From: Bispira polyomma
Taxonomy: Eukaryota
DNA: 64,000 nucleotides
Direction: 5' to 3'
Assembly (NCBI GenBank): GCA_965649765.1
Contig: OZ287752.1
Span: 53,382,001-53,446,000, forward strand
A model generated the notes under the pieces. That model ran no database searches. It was given only the letters and a program-made list of their open reading frames with translations, and was not told where the DNA came from. Every line of letters begins with the position of its first letter. The stretch's first letter is position 1. Below are positions 51,501 to 64,000 of the stretch, in pieces. The position numbers were made by a program, and so were the translations under genes.

Positions 51501-54500
51501 GTAAATTCTGATGTATGTGTAACTGTGCATAATCATGTTTGATGTGTAAATTTATAGAATTAATAGCATTATGTATATAAGAAAAGAGTAAGCACATATG
51601 TGTTTTCACATATGTCATCTTTTGACACTGGTGGGTTGGGCACTGCTAATGAACACTTCTTCAATAATTACAATTATTGTATTATTGCCTGGTAAAAACA
51701 CCTTCTCACCAATTATTTTAACAGCATTTGTCATAAAAAAACTCAACGCACAAAGCCTGTTACATTTAACAAAGAGAGCAAAAATACTACAATCAGTGGT
51801 GGCATCTAAATTAAGGCCAGTGTTTGTGGCACCAGAGTCATTTATGATAGATTTCATCTATAAATTCTGATCATTTCTCTTGTTTTTACTGAAATTGCCA
51901 CCATAACAGGAATTTTTTTTTCCAACAACAATAGTTAGTTGCTTATCTGAAATTAAAACCTAAATTTTAGTCTTATCCCCTTACCTCAATGACATTATGA
52001 ACTTTTTGTTCACCTTTTATTATGAAATAAATATGCTCTGTCCATTGCATACTAAGGAAACAAATTGTTTTTTCTTTCCTTTCTCCCTTATTGTAATTTT
52101 TAGTGGTTACAGTTTAAACTTAAGCCTTAAGACTTCGGACTGTGCCTCCCATAATTTGCTGCAGTAACATGATAATGTAGGGTCTGATGTAGGTTTTCAG
52201 CAACACCACAGGAATCAATATAAACCCATGTTCTGTATAGCACGACCTCATATAGCTCACAGAAATTAAGCATAGCCAGTCAGTAAACATTAATAAATAG
52301 TACCTTGTAAAAAGTAGAAACTCAAGTTAAAACAACTCGGACTTGGCACTCTATAAGTCTAGCATAATATCTACTTTTAACCATTCATTTTAATATAGCT
52401 TGTAGCATTAAATATAAATATACTGTCAAACATTTTATTTAGAGATATGGAAATCATTGACTTGAGATTGAGTCTGAGTTGACCTTATGCTTTTTCAAAG
52501 AACACAACAACAGTTTCCTGAACAGCAATATTTCTGTGCCAGATATATGTCTTACACATATATATTCTGGTATATATATTTTTATATTATGCCTATTACA
52601 TTTACTATTTCATCGAAATACCCTCCTTATAGATATGGTTTGTGCAATGGTATTTGTTTTATTCTCTCTCAATGACACTTATCAGAAAGAAATAATCTTT
52701 TACTATGCAATAAACAAAGATCCAAAAAACCATAGTTCAATCTCTGTGTGAGTATCTATAATGAGGTCAAAACTTCTGGCACCATTAGATCCATTATGGA
52801 TCACATGTCTAGATAAGTGATTTTATATATATATATATATATATAATTATAGTTAACAGAGTGTCTTTCATGTTGTGCATATCAATGGGAGATCAAGTAA
52901 CTAATATCAGCAGCTACAGTTTAAATATAAATTTGATGTTAGTACATGTATCTGTAATGAGATCAACACTTCTGGCACCAGAAGATCCATTAGGGAAAAT
53001 ATGCCTGGATGACTTAATATATATATATATAATTATAGTTAACAGAGTACATTGCATGTTTGCTGACTATATGTATATATTGGCCTGATCTATGCGTAAA
53101 CAGAAACCTAAACGTATTAGTTTGATGACTATCAATAAAAAAATAGTTATTTATATTCATTATTTTATATTACAGCATATCTACCAGAGGAATAGGTTTG
53201 AAATGGACTCGAACCCACCACCTCAAGATTCTATATAAATATGTAGTAGTAAAGACGGTAATTTTACCACTTTTTGGGGGATTGGATAACATATAAATAT
53301 ATTTATACTGCTGTTAATATAACAAACTGTGATATGTCCTTTATGTAGTCCTTATTAGTTAAATAAGCTGACTTTGGTAAAAATTAATAACTTCACTTAA
53401 TCATAAATAAAACTGGTATTTTTAATGTTGATGTAAAGTTACTAGAACTATTACCTATTGTAATACATATGTAACTGTACATAATTAATATAATAATGTT
53501 GTTCCAAATTATATTTTAAATTCGCACAAGAACCCCTTGTGGCTTTAAAGCTGTGAGTGATTATCAGTAGATAAATTATGTTTAAATTTTTAAAAAAAAT
53601 GTGAGCTTGTAAGCACATACAATGTTGTTAAAACTTTGGAACAAGGCAATTTCCTGGTTGGACGTTTTTTTTCCCCCAATATTATCAGCTTCAAATGGCA
53701 AATGTTCAATAGATCACCCTCTTTCCCTGCTTACAAAAGAGGTTTGTCACATACCGAACTATCCATCTTGGTCACCTAATAAATACCTCTCTCTACTTCC
53801 TTTCTGGGTCTTGGACAAAATATAGTTTCTTTCTCTTTTATTGCTAAAATTGCTAAACAGAAAATAACTGCTGAATTGAAAATTAGCAAAACTGTCACCC
53901 AAGAATCTATGATAAAAGAATATACTTATTGATTTGTGTTGAGGAAGTGAAAAATATCAGGCCTGGTTCATAAGTGTGAATTTAGACGTCAGCTGGTTTT
54001 TTTTTTTTGTCTCATCAATGACGTCACCAATTAGGGCTGCTATGCAAATTTTGCAGTATTTTTTTGCAATTTGTTACTTCCACATTATAGAGTTCCAGTT
54101 TGTGTGCAGAAGATTTAGATCTGGTTTAATTACATCTACAATAGACTGAATTAAAAGATAACAATCAAATACAAAAAGCCTAAATGGGAAATCTATGCTA
54201 CACAATTGACAAAAATACCATACGTTTTTAGTTACCTTAAGGATTTGCCTCTTTAACAGTATCAAAAATCGAAAGAGAAAGTTGCCCAAAAATAAATTGG
54301 ATATATTTACAAGCCTCTATCACCCAGCACTTTTGCACGCTGATATTCTGTTCTAATAAAATAATGATAGAAGTGAAGTTTAGTTAAAAATAGAATAATG
54401 TATATTTAGGAGAGTGTAAAAGTTAAAAAAATCTTCCTCAAACAATTATTATTTTCTTGGAAAAGGTCACCCCGATGTCAATATATATTTTGTATTACTT

Positions 54501-54921
54501 CATTTGAGTGGCACCTAACATAAAGAGATGGCCCCGCAAGTGACATATTTAGTGTTGTTTTATTGTCAAGGTTTTGTAATCTCTTAAGCTACTTTGAGAG
54601 GGGAATTTATCTAATGAATTCTAATACATTATCTTAAGGACTAATTACTTATAAAGTTAAATGGAAGTGGGTAATAATACCTTACCTCAAAAAAACATGT
54701 AACTAACACATAGTTAACAAAAGCGCTCAGTAGAAAACAAACCTCTGTCATGAGGTAAAAATTGAAACAGTCTGTGGTTCAACTACAGACCTAGACATAA
54801 AAAAAGTAATTAAAACACTTATTTCACTAAAACACCAATTTACTAGTAGTTTTAGTAGGTATAAGGAAAAATTATCATTAAAGTACTCAGTAAGTATTAC
54901 TCTATTAGCTTCATCCAGAGA

Positions 54922-55175
54922 GGGGGCCGCGGTGGCCTAGTGGTTAGCAAGCATTGCGCTTCACAATCACTAGTCTCTCACCTATGGGCGGCGTGAGTTC
55001 GAACCCCGTCGATGCCTATGTGGGAAAGGTGGTAGTTCCTTACTGTGGGCCGCTGGTTTCAGTGCAGAGCCTTGACTAACTGTATACAGTATTTCCTCCA
55101 GCATTTCCAACTACCCGTCCCAATATAATCTACTAAAAGGTACTAGAGTGGATGTTAAATATCCAAATTCAAAAA
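54922..55175 (+). mobile_element. Well-preserved tRNA-derived SINE
   Basis: GGGGCCGCGGTGGCCTAGTGGTTAG (A box), GAGTTCGAACCCC (B box), retained CpGs, non-tRNA body, CAAATTCAAAAA tail. Confidence 0.85.
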
Positions 55176-56100
55176 CTTATTTGGAAGGAGGTGCCATTCT
55201 GTTACATCAGGCTTGTATTATCCAAAGATACTCAAGTTCAAACCCAGATTGAACTCAAAGGAAGGCTTTGTATATGTCCTCAAAAAGTCCTTATATATTG
55301 ATATAGCCTAGACTTGTGACCATTCATTTGAATACAGTTGTCAAGGCTGAATTCATATTTGCAGTCAGATTTTACATACCTTTACTCATGATAGAGATGT
55401 GAAGAATTCATAGAGTTTATTTAGCTTGGATTGGAGTTTTTTCTGGAGAATATTGCCAAATATTGCTTCTAAAACTTTGCACAACAGTAAGCTATTACTG
55501 TAAGTGATCACAAAACCCTCCATTCTTCGAAAAAAAGGACCTTAGAGATCTAAACACTCTCATGCATCATTACATCCTGTCTTTGTGCCCAGGTTCTTTT
55601 CAATCTCTTAGGCCACTTAAGCAAAATTGCCTCTGAAAACCTCACATGTTGGTGGGCAATGCTCTGTGTGTGCACCCAACTATAAAAAGAGTTTTAACAC
55701 TAAACTGGTGTCACCAAGGAAATTAAGGTAATGACTGTGTGGGGAAGTTTTAAACCTTATGCAGACCAATGTATTGTATTTATATTTACTAAACTGATTT
55801 TGGTACTCAAACTGATGCTTAGATGAAAGAATGCTTGAATTTCCTTACTCTAATATACCAATATGACTAGTCCTGGTGTTATGTCCTTCAGGGATGCTCA
55901 GTAAATCATAGTAATGACGAACTATTCTTATTCAAACAAATGAAATATCAATAGACACATGTTTTACAGGAAGAGACCATTTACTTATCCTCATATCATA
56001 TGCTCAAATTAATAAAAATAGCGGTCCTGCAAATATTAAATATAAGTTGTACAAATAGTATGTTGTAAAGTATGGCTGATTTAGCTAACTTCCTTTAGCT

Positions 56101-56105
<5 letters not shown>

Positions 56106-56168
<63 letters not shown>

Positions 56169-56170
56169 GT
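56106..56170. repeat. Compound (TA)n(TG)n microsatellite
   Basis: Direct observation. Confidence 0.95.
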
Positions 56171-56780
56171 ATTATATTAGAATTACAGTAGTTTAATGCT
56201 AGAGGACTTTTGGCAACTTTACCACAAACCGAAGCCAAGATTTAAACCCAACCTCTAAACAACATAGACTGTAGCAAAGTAGTTTAGGAAAAAAATATTT
56301 AACCAAAAAAGAATTTTGTCTGGAATTTGTATCAGTTTTTTGTCAGTCAACAAATATTCTGTTTCATAGAATAAACAAGTATTCTCATACAATCTCATAC
56401 ATGTTTCCACAAAAAAAAATCATATCTGTGTTCCTTTATGGGGGTTTTTCCACAAAAACCATCATCTAATACACAATCCAATGCACAAAGTTATTTTTAC
56501 TTCAAGCAATGGCTCATTTTGAAAAAGGGCTTTTACCAGCAAAAAGAAGAACTAACAAAAACAACACCACCAATTTCCTGAGACTTTAATAAGCGAAGGA
56601 AAACTCATTACATACTGTATTACAGAGTCATTTCCTACAGATCAAAATGTCGTCTGGCTTACTTTACACTGGCTTAATGGAGTCTATGTCTGTAATGTGC
56701 CCTCTTCTCCAGCTTAACAGCAGGGACAGCAGTCTCTCCTTTTTTAAAACCCTAACAAGAGGTGTAATTTGTATCTAAAC

Positions 56781-56965
56781 TGCGCATGCGCGTTAAAAAA
56801 CAACCCATAAAAAAGAAACACACTAAGACTATAAGTCAGGGGCACATAAGGTAAAGAGATCCAGTTTCCCCAAACCACTCGAACACAAGAGGGCAAAAAA
56901 TAAGCATGTTATTAGGGAGAAAAAGTCGTCTGCTTTGTATTTCCACGTAAATCGCCAGGTGGCGC
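56781..56965. promoter_or_regulatory. NRF1-like and CTCF-like motifs in a locally CpG-containing region
   Basis: TGCGCATGCGCG at 56781-56792; TCGCCAGGTGGCGC at 56952-56965. Confidence 0.4.
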
Positions 56966-59070
56966 ACTGTTGATAGCTTCTTGTACGAAAACGAGGTTGC
57001 CAGTGATTTGTTGTAGTCAGCAATGCTTATATTAGCCTTTCTTAAAGCTCATGTTTGTCTGAGAGTGTGATTCAATTTGGAACTAATTCAAATTGAGAGC
57101 CTTTTTTTCTCGGTCAAGAAATAACACAATATTACATATATGAGCGCATAATGCTCAATTAAATTAGTTACAAAACAAAAGTGGTATTTTAAAAGACACA
57201 GACGTACTGTGTGCTAAATAATAATTTAACACCGCTCAGTTGGACCAGGTCGATTGTTTCCAACCAATCCCTAAAGGCCATACATATTATTTCTAACAAG
57301 GTGGCAATATCAGGCAGTGCCTGATCATAATAAGCTGACACCAGTCAGTTGGGCCTAGGTCAGTTGCTTCCAACCAATCCATGAAGGCCTTACATATTTA
57401 TCTTCCGACATGGCAGCACTTTCCAACATGACCACTCCCTTTTCAGACTGAAAACAATATCAGGCTGTACCTAAATAACAAATGAAATTCTCTGACAAGC
57501 ATGGGCTTGAATCAAGGCTATTTGTGTACGGGCACATACATACACACATTCAGAGTGAAGAAAATGGAGGGTCTTTTTTGTGGCTGCACTCTGGTTCAGG
57601 AGGGAAAGCAACAAACACACAACTGTGATTAAAGAAGTAGCAGATTGAACCTACAATGGGGAAAACGGAGATCTAATATGTGAGCATATTTAAGGATGAG
57701 TTAAAAAGCTTTGGATTTTGGGGACAGGTCAAAATGGTTTTAAACAACAATGTGTAAAAAAACTAATGTGTTTTTTTTTGTTATATGTACTTGGCAAAGC
57801 TATAGCAACTATAAAAAATGGATAAAATGTGTCTTATAGAAAGTACAATAACATACAGACATAAAGTGCAAATAAAATACTCGTGCTCTATAAAAGATCA
57901 ATTGGCATTAGTGGAGAATTTTTTTTTTTTGCATCAATGATAGTATTGATTTAATGATACTAACGAAATAGTGGATAAAAATAGTGGCAAAGTGGAAAAT
58001 ACTGATAATGTAATTCTTTTCAAGTCACAAGCTAGAAGACATAACTGAGATATAGCTAAATGGAACCCATAAACAGTATAGAATCCTTGTAATTATACTT
58101 GCTTTTAAATCATCTGTTGTAAATTGCTAAACTTCAAAAATACTACTGGAGAAAGAATAACTGCTGTTTTATGGATAAATGATCCGGACTGTAAAATATT
58201 GATCATACCTGTCGGTTGTCAAGAATATACTTTGTGTTGTGTTAGATATGTGTGTATAATAGACAAGTATCTGTACATACTTTGCCCTATGTATTTGGAT
58301 AATAAATCGTGAAATGTTAAAAACCTCTGACAAAGTTCATCACTGTTCCTTTGTGAAGTGGCCATGATCTAAGATTTGTAGGTGATCTTTTTTAAATATA
58401 CGATGCTCCACTACATGACAATTACTGTGATGAATGGAGTTTGAGAAGAGTGCTCTAACTGATACAGAAAAAGGTCACTTGGCTATTAACATTGTGCATC
58501 ACAGGGAGTTGGTGCTAACAAGTGTTGTGCGTCAAGAACTTGGGGGGGGGGGAGGCGTTTCATTGACATTGTGATAGTATTAGGAAGTGTATATAGTGTT
58601 ATGAATAAGACTAACACCCTTTACTACAAATATACAGCTTATTAATGACAATAATTAAATATAATAGTATTTGGTCTGGCATATGAGCATACATTTTGAT
58701 ACTAATAAACATTCTATTCAAAAGCTGTGTGGTAATATGCTATGGTAACATGAAGATAAATTGTGATATATTCTGGACTACAAACTTGTATATTATTGGA
58801 ATGGATAATATGTATATGATGATGTGTAGAAAGCAATTTAGTTATACTAATTAATCAATATTTCTGTTGACTGATGTACATAAAAAAATGACGTTTTTAA
58901 CTTATCTACTATTGCTAATGAGTTAGATAATGCCTTTTCAATTTGTTAAATGTCACATAAAGACTGTGTTATTTGAAGGAGCATATATTTTAGATGTATC
59001 CTAACACAAAAGAAACTTCCAAAAAGCCAAAAATAAATACTTCTTTGTCTTCTAAATGTGCCTTGTATAG

Positions 59071-60362
59071 ATCACATTAGCAATATGCAGACCAAGGAAG
59101 AATTGACCTTTAAAGTGCACTACAGGTTTGACCTGACAGGTGCTCCACATAATTCCACTTTTGCTGAAGTGCATGCAGCCCAGGTGTTGATGCAATTTCT
59201 TCCACCAGTACTTTTGCTTGTCAGCACCATCGGATGTCTGCTTACCTCAATAGTTTTACTCCGACTGAGGGCCCAGCTGATGCCTTCCTGCCTGTACCTT
59301 AGTTTCGGATCCCTGGTGGATATGATAACCTTGTGGAACTACCTAAGCAATGATTGGGCGTTGCATGTCTTTGCAATACCCGTAAAGGACACTGTTATGA
59401 ATATCAACAATAGCATGTGTAAGATCTATCCATTTATAGTTGACCTCTTCATTCATCTCAGTGTTTGGCTTACAGTCGCCTTGGCTGTTGAAACAGGTCT
59501 GTCACATATGCGCCCTAAGCGGCTGTTTAAAATTTGCGCCTATGATCGAGCACGGGCAGTCATACTTCTGACCATAGTTTTGCTGATTTGCACCAATGCC
59601 CATTGCTTCTGGTCCTATTTAGTGGTAAAAGACATTAATAGCAAGCTGGTGGTGTGTACGGCTTACCGTCAAGGTGTTGATGAATCTTTCCGCCGGATTA
59701 TTCTGCCTTTGTTGCACATTGTGGTGATCGATGTGCTGCCAATATGTATTGTTCTGTCTTTCACGACAGTAGTAGTCACGCGTTGGAGGAAGTTCAGTAA
59801 GAATAACACCAATCCTTTGTTGGACGTCAATGCCCTAAAGCCGGGACCCAAGCCACGATCAAAACACACAAAGTTCAGAAAAGCAATCCGGGTGGATTCT
59901 ATTAAGCCCATCCATACGGCAAATGTGTGCATCTGTTTACTTTATCTCCTGCTGATTCTTCCCAAGTGTGTATATAACATCTTTCATTTTGTGGTCACGG
60001 AAGATGCTGGCTTAGGATTACTGGACTTCTCAGAAAAATTAGAGGCCAAGATGTCTCTGGCCCGAGCAATAGGCTGGTTGCTATTTTATATGTTCCTTGC
60101 ATCCAAGTTCTTTGTGCTCCTTGCACTGGTGCCCTTGTTTAGGGAACGGACAATGGATTTACTGATGTGCCTCTACTGTTCGGCTCATCAGAAAAGTAAA
60201 AACAAAATTTTGGGTGTATCCAAGCCATTACTGAAAGCAAAACCTGGGCTCCATGGAAAGCCAGGGATCAAGTCCGGTCCAAGTCAGGATCAACTCTTGC
60301 CAGTTAGCAATGGTCAAAGAAGTATAAGCATGGATTATGTGTCAACTACAACTACAGTATGA
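59071..60362 (+). CDS. Rhodopsin-family 7TM GPCR, FMRFamide/sex-peptide-receptor-like (GPR139/142-related) group, with atypical motifs
   Basis: Intact ORF with seven hydrophobic segments, CLYL..D in TM2, CK..F..SVWLTVALAVE in TM3 and LP in TM5/TM6. First ATG at 59085; a possible splice acceptor ends at 59070; AATAAA near 60525. Confidence 0.9.
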
Positions 60363-61659
60363 GATCCAAGAGAGATTATTAGAGATACACTAATAAGTAT
60401 TTGAACTGTTGATTCTAGGGATAGTATTGGTCTGGACATCTTATCTTTATGATTATATAAAATTGATTATATTATTATATAAAACTTTATATCACCTACA
60501 ATTTATCAACTTGTCTAAAATCAAAATAAATTCAAAATAGGTGAAAAAAATACTTTGAAATTAGAATATTTTTATTTTGATATAATTCTTGTTTTGTAGA
60601 GAACAGCTAATTGTATATGCATACCATTTCATTATGTTATCGTGTTCTGTGTGAATATATAGACTATACAGAATACATCACATCACTTAATTTCTACCCA
60701 AATTACGTCATTTGCTGCTACAAATGACATTTACACGTTTCCACTTAAATATTAAAGCTATATCTTTGGTGCTAAAAAAAAACACAATGAAAGAAACCCT
60801 TATATTCCGTGGGAAAGATTACAAATCTTGCTCTTTCATGGACCCACAAGAGTCCTGGAATAATTTATCAGTTGGGAAATGTAAAAAAGCCAATTTTGTT
60901 ATAGCATAAGATTAAACTCAATCTCCTGAAATACTTGCAGTTGGAGCTCTGGACTTCATGTTTACAAATTTCTTTGAAAATAAATTCCAATTAGGATATT
61001 TTTCTTAGGCCTTATCAGCTCTCTACTAGCAGCAGAGTTTTGTATAACTGTTGCACTGAAATGTTTAAAAGAATATTACTTTGTGTGGACATATAAATAT
61101 TTTCAAAATATTTGTTCTCATTGCATTAAAAATAAAATAGCACAAACTAATTACTTGTAAAAAATTTCGACTAACATTAAAATTTAAAAAGCTATATAAA
61201 ATAATTATGGAACAATAACAAAACTATTTTGTATAAACGTACCTCACTTCTATAACCAGGGTGATTCCTGTGTGGATGTTTTAGTCAATATATATTGCAT
61301 TACCAAAGAACTAACAATATGGGCAAATAGTTAGAAAGGGTGATTTATTGTCATATGAAACAACTTCAAAGCTGTATGTAAGTAGAAACTACTCTATATT
61401 TAGGTAAGATTATGGCTGCAAAAAGAATCTGTTGTATGTTAATGATGGTGAAAATAATAAATAAATGATACAAGGCTACTATAAATAGGAAAGACCTAAC
61501 CTTATTTAAGGCTCTATTGTGTCAAAAAGTTTTACACAGTTTGGAACTATTTTTTTATTTGTATCTAAACAGGTGATCAAAAACAGGAGAAAACTTTACA
61601 GAACTACAAAAGAACTCAATAAATTATTTTTGGTTTTATGTTGCTTTCAACACTTCTTG

Positions 61660-62124
61660 TCTCATACCATATGGATTACCCCAGGGATCTATCCTTGGGT
61701 CTCTACTTTTCACCCTTCATACACATCCTCTCAGGATTGTCATCAATTATCAGAATATAAAACACCACATGTATGCCGATGACACTCAAGTCTATATCTC
61801 TCTCTACTTCTACAGTCAGACCTATCAGGAAGGCTGAATCCAGAGCTTTCTCCATTGCAGCTCCCTTGTTATGAAACAGTTTCCCATTTGACTTCAGATC
61901 AGTTGATACACTCATTGGTTTTAGGAAAAACTTTAAAACCTCTCTCTTTGACCTTGCCTACCCACCTTAGATTCCCTTGTGCACGCCCTCACATCTTTCC
62001 TTACGGCCTTGCTAGGTGCATGGACTTTACGATTGGACCAATGATTATGCTGTTGTGCTTTAGAAGATGGCTAGCATAGAAAAACATTTTAAAAATTCAT
62101 GATAATAATAATAATAATAATAAT
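61660..62124 (+). mobile_element. L2 LINE fragment with internal deletion
   Basis: GLPQGSILGSLLFTLHTHPL..HHMYADDTQVYIS joined directly to SRAFSIAAPLL*NSFP..FKTSLF; (AAT)n tail at 62103-62124. Confidence 0.88.
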
Positions 62125-62927
62125 ATCACAAGGTGTAGTTGACGGGTGCAGGAAACTAGAGCAAGGTAAAGGCTCAAGCTGTTCACCACTAGCCAACTTT
62201 TCAACAGAGGTGGGAGGCCAGTGCCACTAGGCCATTCTGGAAATCAATAGAACACCTATATCCCTCAAGACACCAGAGTACCAAAATGTCAAACATTATT
62301 CAATGATCTGGCCTTCCTAACTGTAAAATTTAACATATTCCTTGGACCATACCACATTACTCCACTAAATTTTATTGATGCAGCAGCTTTTGTGTAACCA
62401 TAGCGATAACCCCATAAACCTTCTTGCTGGAAATAATTATGTACATCTAGACAGCTTGTGGCTCTTTACAGGTGGTGTCTTATTTGTGTGTTATTTAATG
62501 CTATATTTTAGTGAATTATAAGTAATGAATGTCTATGTTTTAAAAGATTTATGAAATATAAGTAAACATATATTGATTGATTGAATAACTTTTTTCAGAC
62601 ATACATGATGGTCCATATGACAAAAAAAGATAAGAATATATTAAAAAGTATACAACAGCTTGGCAGTAAATTAAACAGTAGCAGCACTGAATTGATAAAT
62701 GCTGTTGTTTAAAATAGGAAAACAATTTTTATGTCTCTGTCTATTTAACACAGAGAATTCTTAAAGATGCAACAATAAAACATGGAAGTCATGTGTTTTG
62801 GCTTTAAAAAACAAACTAACAGTAATGTCTGAGTAGTTGGTAACCACTAGTAAGTTCTATTTACAGTCTGAGATAGATCAATAAATGGAGATATTGTGCA
62901 TACAGTACATATGTGACATGTGTTAAA

Positions 62928-62990
62928 GGGGTTGCAGTGGTCTAGTGGTTAGAAAGGCCGGCTTTACAATTAATGACCTCTCATCTCTCG
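62928..62990 (+). mobile_element. Truncated tRNA-SINE head
   Basis: GGGGTTGCAGTGGTCTAGTGGTTAG..CTTTACAATTAATGACCTCTCA matches the 54922 copy. Confidence 0.55.
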
Positions 62991-64000
62991 CCAAAGGAAC
63001 ATTCCAAGAGAAGGAGTTTAGTACCCTGGGAAGCTATAGTCTTACAAAACATTGGTGGAAAAAAAATATCTACAAAACATAATATATCATTTATCTTTGA
63101 AGTGAAGTACTTTTTTCCAAACTGTGATTGAATTGTAGTTTTTCTGTAGTTAACTTGAAATTTAAGCGATATATTCTATGTTTTTGTCAAGCAAAGTTTT
63201 AAATATAACTCTCAACAAGAGAATTTGCCAAGGAAATCTTTACAGAAGAAAATTGTAAAAGGCCGTAGGAGTTTCATGGCCTCCTTGACAAAAAAAAATT
63301 TCGCCTTAAATTTCACTGGGATTCAATGAATACCGCTCCCAATTTCTGAAATCAAGACATACTGACAGAAAAAAGAATGAAAAAATAATGTTGTGAAAAT
63401 ATGTTTCTGCAAATGTTCTTCACCTAGAAACAATAATCACTTACTAACTTAAAATACAGTTATCTCAATGACTGGTATGATGGTGATAACACAGCTGGAT
63501 TTTATGTAGAAATTGTCTGCAACTTGTATGCAGAAGAAAAAGAAGACTTGTTCATCAGATGTGAATTTTGCAAGGATTTAAATCAGTATATTTTTTGTGA
63601 AATAAACTATGAGAGGTTTATTTTTTTTTTGTATAATGTGCTGGGTACAAAAATAAATGTGACTTGGCTGGGAGCATCTAAAACATCCACATAGATAGTT
63701 AACTTTCATGATGGGAGTAGATCAACTACAGCTTTCCTCTTCAATAATAATAGCTGCAACAGCACAAACAGACTCAGAGAGACTATGTGTCTGCGGGACT
63801 CGTATTTGGTCATTAGTTTCACATGATTCTCAATGTAGCTGTAATTTCTAGATCTTTTGAAGCTGTTGTGTTGATTTTGTTGTGGAGTTGTTAAATGGGG
63901 CCCCATTGTCACATTTTAGCGCCAGTTCCTTTGTATTATTGTGTAAAGCCGGTTTAGGGTTAATTTTTTGTGTTTGTTCAAAATTTTATTTCATTTATCT

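Larger units (their letters stand above)
50275..55960 (-). repeat. Tandem segmental triplication, copy C
   Basis: Collinear with A and B; 55178-55960 matches 49419-50110. Confidence 0.9.

Noticed and set aside
54922-55010. Genuine tRNA gene
   Set aside because: A and B boxes run into a SINE body with no acceptor-stem closure; multiple degenerate copies are present.

Overview
AT-rich metazoan genomic DNA, most consistent with a mollusc or other lophotrochozoan (inferred from L2 LINEs, tRNA-derived SINEs and HINE/MITE-type repeats), with a 148-N assembly gap at 5510-5657. The only clearly intact host gene is a rhodopsin-family peptide-receptor-like GPCR (about 59071-60362, +) that has lost the canonical activation motifs. 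The main mobile element is a near-complete but decayed tyrosine-recombinase (YR) retrotransposon of Ngaro type on the minus strand (about 28900-34430: gag, pol RT/RNase H, YR; no methyltransferase). It shows three cis-signals: (i) a canonical -1 ribosomal frameshift cassette joining gag to pol, (ii) phase-matched splice sites that would join the gag start codon to the YR ORF, and (iii) a roughly 310-nt highly self-complementary region after YR containing a TAAGGTNACCTTAA palindrome. A second, heavily deleted Ngaro remnant (about 50720-51500, +) carries the same palindrome after its YR. Four further clear arrays of this palindrome (9.9, 12.0, 24.2, 27.1 kb) and a weaker one (16.2 kb) flank decayed compact ORFs that share peptide motifs. 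This suggests a family of cargo-carrying elements associated with the YR retroelement, or an old endogenous virus; this is a hypothesis. The region 37.5-56 kb is a decayed tandem triplication of an unknown repeat-domain, probably membrane-anchored gene with a CRE-CRE-TATA promoter.
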